Positions 62,501-64,000 of a stretch of DNA of 64,000 nt are shown piece after piece. The notes beneath the pieces are model-generated. The model saw nothing but the letters and a program-made list of their open reading frames with translations. It was not told the DNA's origin and did not search any database. Source of the DNA: Phoronis australis (lineage: Eukaryota; Animalia; Phoronida); NCBI GenBank assembly GCA_002633005.1, contig NMRA01000082.1, positions 845,988-909,987 on the forward strand, given 5' to 3'. Each line of letters starts with the position of its first letter. Positions within the stretch are counted from its first letter, which is position 1. Made by a program: the position numbers and the translations under genes.

Positions 62501-63654
62501 ATCGTGCAAGCCACTAAGATATGGAGAGGACTGCGGGAACGAATGCGGCTGTCTTAAAGCCAGTCTTTGTAACAGCAAAAGCGGTAGCTGCAACGGAATC
62601 TGCTTGAAAGGTCGATGGGGGCTCGATTGCAAAAACGAGTGTTTCTGCGAGGACTGCAACTCCTTTACGGGCAAGTGCAAAGGCGTCTGTCCGGACGGGC
62701 GCTATGGTCCACGATGTGGAAATAAATGCCATTGTGAAGATCAAAAGCCGTGCACGATTTCAGCAGGTTGCATTGGCTGTGATTTTGGGTTCAGGGGTCA
62801 CCACTGTAACCTAAAGTGTTTTTGTAAAGATAAGAGCTCGTGTTCACAGTATAGAAAGTGTCCACACTGCCCGAGTGGTCGGTATGGACTAACGTGTGAA
62901 CACGAATGTGACGGCTGTGTGGCTGGTGACTGTGACAGATACACTGGAGAGTGCAGGCGCGGCTGTAAGCCTGAAAGGTGGGGAGCAGGCTGTAAAAACA
63001 AATGCGCATGTCGACTTCCGGGCACGTGTAATTCAGTCGATGGACACTGCACTAGTGGCTGCGTCAAGGGTAGGACAGGGCCAGCATGCAGCAACCTATG
63101 TTACTGCGAAAAGGACGAGTATTGCATTGATAATACGTGTGACTTCCGGTGCCCTAAACACCACTACGGACACGACTGTAAGAATGTCAGCCATTGTCCA
63201 CCAGGAGATACTTATGATTTACACACCGGGCGCTGCTCGTCAGGTAATTGCGATGAAGGTTTCTTTGGACCTGCATGCAGCTCCAGATGCCATTGCAAAG
63301 AGAACCATTGCAAACCAACGGGAGAGTGCTTACAAGGAGGTTGTGCTGAGGGATGGTATGGACCGTCGTGTAGCCATCGGTGTAACTGCGTCGACGGGAC
63401 TAAGTGTGACTCTAGCACTGGTGCGTGCGAGAAGTGTCCAATTGGCTGGTACGGCATCGACTGTAGCAAACAGTGCTTCTGTCGTGAAAATGTGGCGTGC
63501 AACCGCCACACGGGATTTTGTGCGAACGGTTGTCCCCCCTTGCGATACGGTTTGGCATGCGACAGGCTCTGTGCCTGCTACGACGGTGACATTTGCGAGC
63601 GCTTTTCTGGCACGTGTTGTAAGCCGTCGAATCCGAATAACGTGTGCTCTAAAG
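4151..63654 (+). CDS. Large multi-exon extracellular mosaic protein (MEGF/SCARF-like EGF repeats, F-type-lectin-like, FN3, TSP1, 10 SEA-like modules); 41 coding exons, 3'-incomplete
   Basis: 41 exons with AG/GT boundaries join into one stop-free frame of about 2,532 codons; splice phases match at every junction. The last exon ends at a donor, so the gene continues past the window. Confidence 0.88.
5186..5257. repeat. 12-bp minisatellite, about 6 units
   Basis: ATTTACG(C/T)GG(G/T)(C/T) tandem units. Confidence 0.8.
10201..10353 (+). CDS. Exon 2: EGF/laminin-EGF-like repeat
   Basis: tttcag| [51 protein letters not shown] |gtaagt; 153 nt, phase 1-1. Confidence 0.92.
11100..11315 (+). CDS. Exon 3: F-type lectin/discoidin-like domain, N-half
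   Basis: ttccag| ...[13 protein letters not shown]...[16 protein letters not shown]... |gtaagt; AVDGN-like and DL..Y.I..I-like motifs; 216 nt. Confidence 0.82.
11547..11667. mobile_element. CATGGGCG-ended MITE family, copy 1 (others 36833-36973, 39792-39931)
   Basis: CATGGG...CCCATG ends; shared core GGGGCTATAGCCCC and TTTTTCAGTGCTG; no clear TSD. Confidence 0.6.
12129..12513. repeat. Fold-back array of ~20-bp units (AAGTAATTATTTGCGGCGTA)
   Basis: Many degenerate units in both orientations; ends TTGCCGTGAAGTTACG and CGTTAATTTACGGCAA are inverted. Confidence 0.7.
13113..13172 (+). CDS. Exon 4: 60-nt exon, two-Cys insert in the lectin-like domain
   Basis: atccag| [20 protein letters not shown] |gtaagt; phase 1-1, in frame. 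Confidence 0.65.
14605..14817 (+). CDS. Exon 5: F-type lectin/discoidin-like domain, C-half
   Basis: ttacag| PRMEVNVV...[12 protein letters not shown]...[15 protein letters not shown] |gtaagt; resembles the L.LCEVEVYG end of F-type lectin/F5-8C folds. Confidence 0.88.
15410..15660 (+). pseudogene. Frameshifted THAP zinc-finger (transposase N-terminus)
   Basis: [11 protein letters not shown]...[22 protein letters not shown]...[14 protein letters not shown]; two frameshifts; first Cys and His substituted. Confidence 0.75.
15645..15825 (-). pseudogene. KolX-like N-terminal remnant
   Basis: [10 protein letters not shown]...[24 protein letters not shown]; YxFEPE is the typical start motif of Kolobok KolX proteins; in-frame stop. 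Confidence 0.6.
17310..17459 (+). CDS. Exon 6: divergent EGF-like repeat
   Basis: tttcag| ...[37 protein letters not shown] |gtaagc; 150 nt. Confidence 0.85.
17650..17732. repeat. Degenerate (CA)n microsatellite
   Basis: Direct read. Confidence 0.8.
18589..18758 (+). CDS. Exon 7: FN3 domain 1, N-half
   Basis: ataag| [46 protein letters not shown]...W |gtatag; phase 1-0. Confidence 0.85.
19616..20026. mobile_element. MITE with ~120-bp imperfect TIRs (Harbinger-like)
   Basis: CTGGGACCGGT..ATCTTTTTACTCGAAA...AAACTCAAGAT mirrored by ATCTTGAGTTT...TTTCGAGTAGAAAGAT..ACCGGGCACAG. Confidence 0.7.
20188..20508. mobile_element. Small MITE
   Basis: Ends AAAACGATCCCTAAGAGACG and CGTCGCTCAGGGATCGTTTT are inverted. 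Confidence 0.55.
21104..21299 (+). CDS. Exon 8: FN3 domain 1, C-half
   Basis: tttcag| ...[19 protein letters not shown]... |gtgagt; phase 0-1; Y.IRV.A tyrosine-corner motif. Confidence 0.85.
21702..21869 (+). CDS. Exon 9: thrombospondin type-1 repeat
   Basis: ttacag| [56 protein letters not shown] |gtaggg; WxxWxxW, RxRxC.NP.P and C.G motifs. Confidence 0.93.
22087..22112 (-). mobile_element. Helitron 3' terminus
   Basis: Minus strand CCGTGC-GAG-GCACGG hairpin, short spacer, then CTAG|T. Confidence 0.55.
23195..24867. mobile_element. Non-autonomous TTAA-specific (Kolobok-like) element, copy 1
   Basis: TTAA|AGACCTTCT...AGAAGGACT|TTAA; colinear over about 1.65 kb with 40593-42226. Confidence 0.85.
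26643..26788 (+). CDS. Exon 10: FN3 domain 2, N-half
   Basis: catcag| ...[21 protein letters not shown]...VYEIEYRE |gtaagt; phase 1-0. Confidence 0.82.
27828..28415. repeat. (ATGT)n/(AT)n microsatellite, about 590 bp
   Basis: Direct read; source of the MYVC/HTYI pseudo-ORFs. Confidence 0.97.
28681..28873 (+). CDS. Exon 11: FN3 domain 2, C-half
   Basis: aaatag| VGREQPY...[16 protein letters not shown]...[10 protein letters not shown] |gtaccg; phase 0-1. Confidence 0.85.
29904..30047 (+). CDS. Exon 12: EGF-like repeat (alternative in-frame start 29895)
   Basis: [48 protein letters not shown] |gtaagt; acceptor ambiguous (aag or gag, 9 nt apart). Confidence 0.87.
30846..30992 (+). CDS. Exon 13: EGF-like repeat (block A)
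   Basis: ttccag| [49 protein letters not shown] |gtgagc. Confidence 0.93.
31787..31927 (+). CDS. Exon 14: EGF-like repeat (block A)
   Basis: ttacag| [47 protein letters not shown] |gtaagc. Confidence 0.93.
33051..33128 (+). CDS. Exon 15: 26-aa Cys-loop mini-module (block A)
   Basis: ttgcag| [26 protein letters not shown] |gtaagt; paralogue at 48877. Confidence 0.9.
33450..33588. repeat. (ATT/GTT)n microsatellite
   Basis: Direct read. Confidence 0.92.
34027..34164 (+). CDS. Exon 16: SEA-like module A1, N-half
   Basis: [46 protein letters not shown]; AG/GT; paralogue at 49542. Confidence 0.9.
34690..35075. mobile_element. Degenerate inverted-repeat element
   Basis: AAATGTCAGGTAACTCGTAT (~34748) mirrored by ATACGAGTTACCTGTCATTT (~34989), with weaker similarity outward. 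Confidence 0.45.
35308..35505 (+). CDS. Exon 17: module A1, C-half
   Basis: [34 protein letters not shown]...KPVLEAMDK; paralogue at 50021. Confidence 0.9.
35932..36078 (+). CDS. Exon 18: module A2, N-half
   Basis: [13 protein letters not shown]...[26 protein letters not shown]; paralogue at 51635. Confidence 0.9.
36345..36542 (+). CDS. Exon 19: module A2, C-half
   Basis: [28 protein letters not shown]...[19 protein letters not shown]; paralogue at 52129. Confidence 0.9.
36833..36973. mobile_element. CATGGGCG-ended MITE family, copy 2
   Basis: Same ends and core as 11547, opposite orientation. Confidence 0.6.
37950..38102 (+). CDS. Exon 20: module A3, N-half
   Basis: [15 protein letters not shown]...[19 protein letters not shown]; paralogue at 53046. 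Confidence 0.9.
38640..38785. repeat. (TG/TA)n microsatellite
   Basis: Direct read. Confidence 0.85.
38895..38968. repeat. Perfect 32-bp inverted repeat with 10-nt loop
   Basis: CAAGTGCCAACATACAGCTCAGGTAACATCCA-tagagtgaag-TGGATGTTACCTGAGCTGTATGTTGGCACTTG. Confidence 0.95.
39185..39385 (+). CDS. Exon 21: module A3, C-half
   Basis: [12 protein letters not shown]...[25 protein letters not shown]...; paralogue at 53786. Confidence 0.9.
39792..39931. mobile_element. CATGGGCG-ended MITE family, copy 3
   Basis: Same ends and core; two subunits joined at GTCTA. Confidence 0.6.
40593..42226. mobile_element. Non-autonomous TTAA-specific (Kolobok-like) element, copy 2
   Basis: TTAA|AGTCCTTCT...AGAAGGACT|TTAA; same orientation as copy 1, unrelated flanks. 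Confidence 0.85.
42252..42392 (+). CDS. Exon 22: module A4, N-half
   Basis: [47 protein letters not shown]; paralogue at 55067. Confidence 0.87.
42639..42845 (+). CDS. Exon 23: module A4, C-half
   Basis: [26 protein letters not shown]...[15 protein letters not shown]...PVGPDP; paralogue at 55346. Confidence 0.9.
43965..44111 (+). CDS. Exon 24: module A5, N-half
   Basis: [49 protein letters not shown]; paralogue at 57092. Confidence 0.9.
46141..46308 (+). CDS. Exon 25: module A5, C-half
   Basis: [30 protein letters not shown]...[16 protein letters not shown]; paralogue at 57488. Confidence 0.87.
46857..46997 (+). CDS. Exon 26: EGF-like repeat (block B)
   Basis: ctaag| [47 protein letters not shown] |gtaagt; paralogue of exon 13. 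Confidence 0.9.
48380..48520 (+). CDS. Exon 27: EGF-like repeat (block B)
   Basis: [47 protein letters not shown]; 31/47 aa identical to exon 14 (hand count). Confidence 0.93.
48877..48954 (+). CDS. Exon 28: 26-aa Cys-loop mini-module (block B)
   Basis: [26 protein letters not shown]; 19/26 aa identical to exon 15. Confidence 0.9.
49542..49679 (+). CDS. Exon 29: module B1, N-half
   Basis: [46 protein letters not shown]. Confidence 0.9.
50021..50218 (+). CDS. Exon 30: module B1, C-half
   Basis: [36 protein letters not shown]...KPVLEEPDR. Confidence 0.9.
50506..50730. repeat. (CA/CG)n microsatellite
   Basis: Direct read. Confidence 0.92.
51635..51781 (+). CDS. Exon 31: module B2, N-half
   Basis: [13 protein letters not shown]...[26 protein letters not shown]. 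Confidence 0.9.
52129..52329 (+). CDS. Exon 32: module B2, C-half
   Basis: [27 protein letters not shown]...[12 protein letters not shown]. Confidence 0.9.
53046..53198 (+). CDS. Exon 33: module B3, N-half
   Basis: [15 protein letters not shown]...[19 protein letters not shown]. Confidence 0.88.
53786..53986 (+). CDS. Exon 34: module B3, C-half
   Basis: [11 protein letters not shown]...[25 protein letters not shown]... Confidence 0.9.
54126..54283. mobile_element. CAGGGGCGGATCC-ended hAT-like MITE (relatives 13198-13327, 59151-59436, partial 1955-2029)
   Basis: CAGGGGTGGATCC...AATCCGCCCCTG; internal GGAATCTGGGAGAATT shared with other copies. Confidence 0.6.
55067..55213 (+). CDS. Exon 35: module B4, N-half
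   Basis: [49 protein letters not shown]. Confidence 0.87.
55346..55549 (+). CDS. Exon 36: module B4, C-half
   Basis: [23 protein letters not shown]...[15 protein letters not shown]...[11 protein letters not shown] |gtcagt (same donor hexamer as exon 23). Confidence 0.87.
57092..57238 (+). CDS. Exon 37: module B5, N-half
   Basis: [49 protein letters not shown]. Confidence 0.9.
57488..57652 (+). CDS. Exon 38: module B5, C-half
   Basis: [30 protein letters not shown]...[15 protein letters not shown]. Confidence 0.88.
60647..60745 (+). CDS. Exon 39: EGF-like repeat
   Basis: ttccag| [33 protein letters not shown] |gtaaga. Confidence 0.9.
61712..61942 (+). CDS. Exon 40: two EGF-like repeats
   Basis: ttcaag| [19 protein letters not shown]...[29 protein letters not shown] |gtgaat. 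Confidence 0.9.
62401..63654 (+). CDS. Exon 41: 1254-nt exon with about 13 MEGF10/SCARF-type Cys repeats
   Basis: ttgcag| [14 protein letters not shown]...; repeats C..G.YG..C...C.C.....C....G.C; donor AAAG|gtacga. The ORF-track tail beyond 63654 is intron. Confidence 0.93.
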
Positions 63655-64000
63655 GTACGATAATTTATTGCCCACCACCATCTGTAGGTAGACCCTATCT
63701 GCCATTTTTCTTGAACACCGGTATCTTTAAAGTAAAGTTTGTGTTGCCACTACTTAACTACAGCCACTTTATGAGACTTTACTATCTTAACTCAGACAGA
63801 AATCGGGCCAACTTTTAAAGGAATACCAAATCCGGTTTTGACCTATGAACGGACTCTTAGAGAACGACATTCCTCTGTAAACATCGACAACACTCGAAGG
63901 TTTGGAGATAATTTTGAAATTTCCTCACAATGTCTGTTAAATGCCAAACGTGACCCACGCTTTACGTGGGTTGCACCACAACTGTAGGAAAAGACGTGTT

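Noticed and set aside
62896-63663. 255-aa overlapping ORF in a shifted + frame, plus several antisense ORFs
   Set aside because: Expected shadow of Cys/Gly-rich codons; no motif and no independent splice or start support.

Overview
Eukaryotic (marine-invertebrate-like) genomic DNA, not prokaryotic. Almost the whole window is one large + strand gene that the ORF track mostly misses because its exons are short. I hand-traced 41 coding exons (ATG 4151 to donor 63654, all GT-AG, frame continuous, about 7.6 kb CDS and about 2,530 aa, 3' end outside the window). Predicted architecture: signal peptide - EGF-like - F-type-lectin/discoidin-like - EGF-like - FN3 - TSP1 (with RGD) - FN3 - EGF-like - [EGF-like x2 - 26-aa Cys loop - five ~115-aa SEA-like two-exon modules] x2 - about 16 MEGF/SCARF-type Cys repeats. 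The 13-exon block is tandemly duplicated. Introns and the 5' flank hold transposon remnants (a Kolobok deletion derivative with THAP and KolX remnants, two copies of a 1.65-kb TTAA-flanked element, a Hero-type retrotransposon fragment, MITEs, a Helitron end), hammerhead-like motifs, microsatellites and a perfect 32-bp hairpin. Domain names come from motif recognition by eye; no searches were run.
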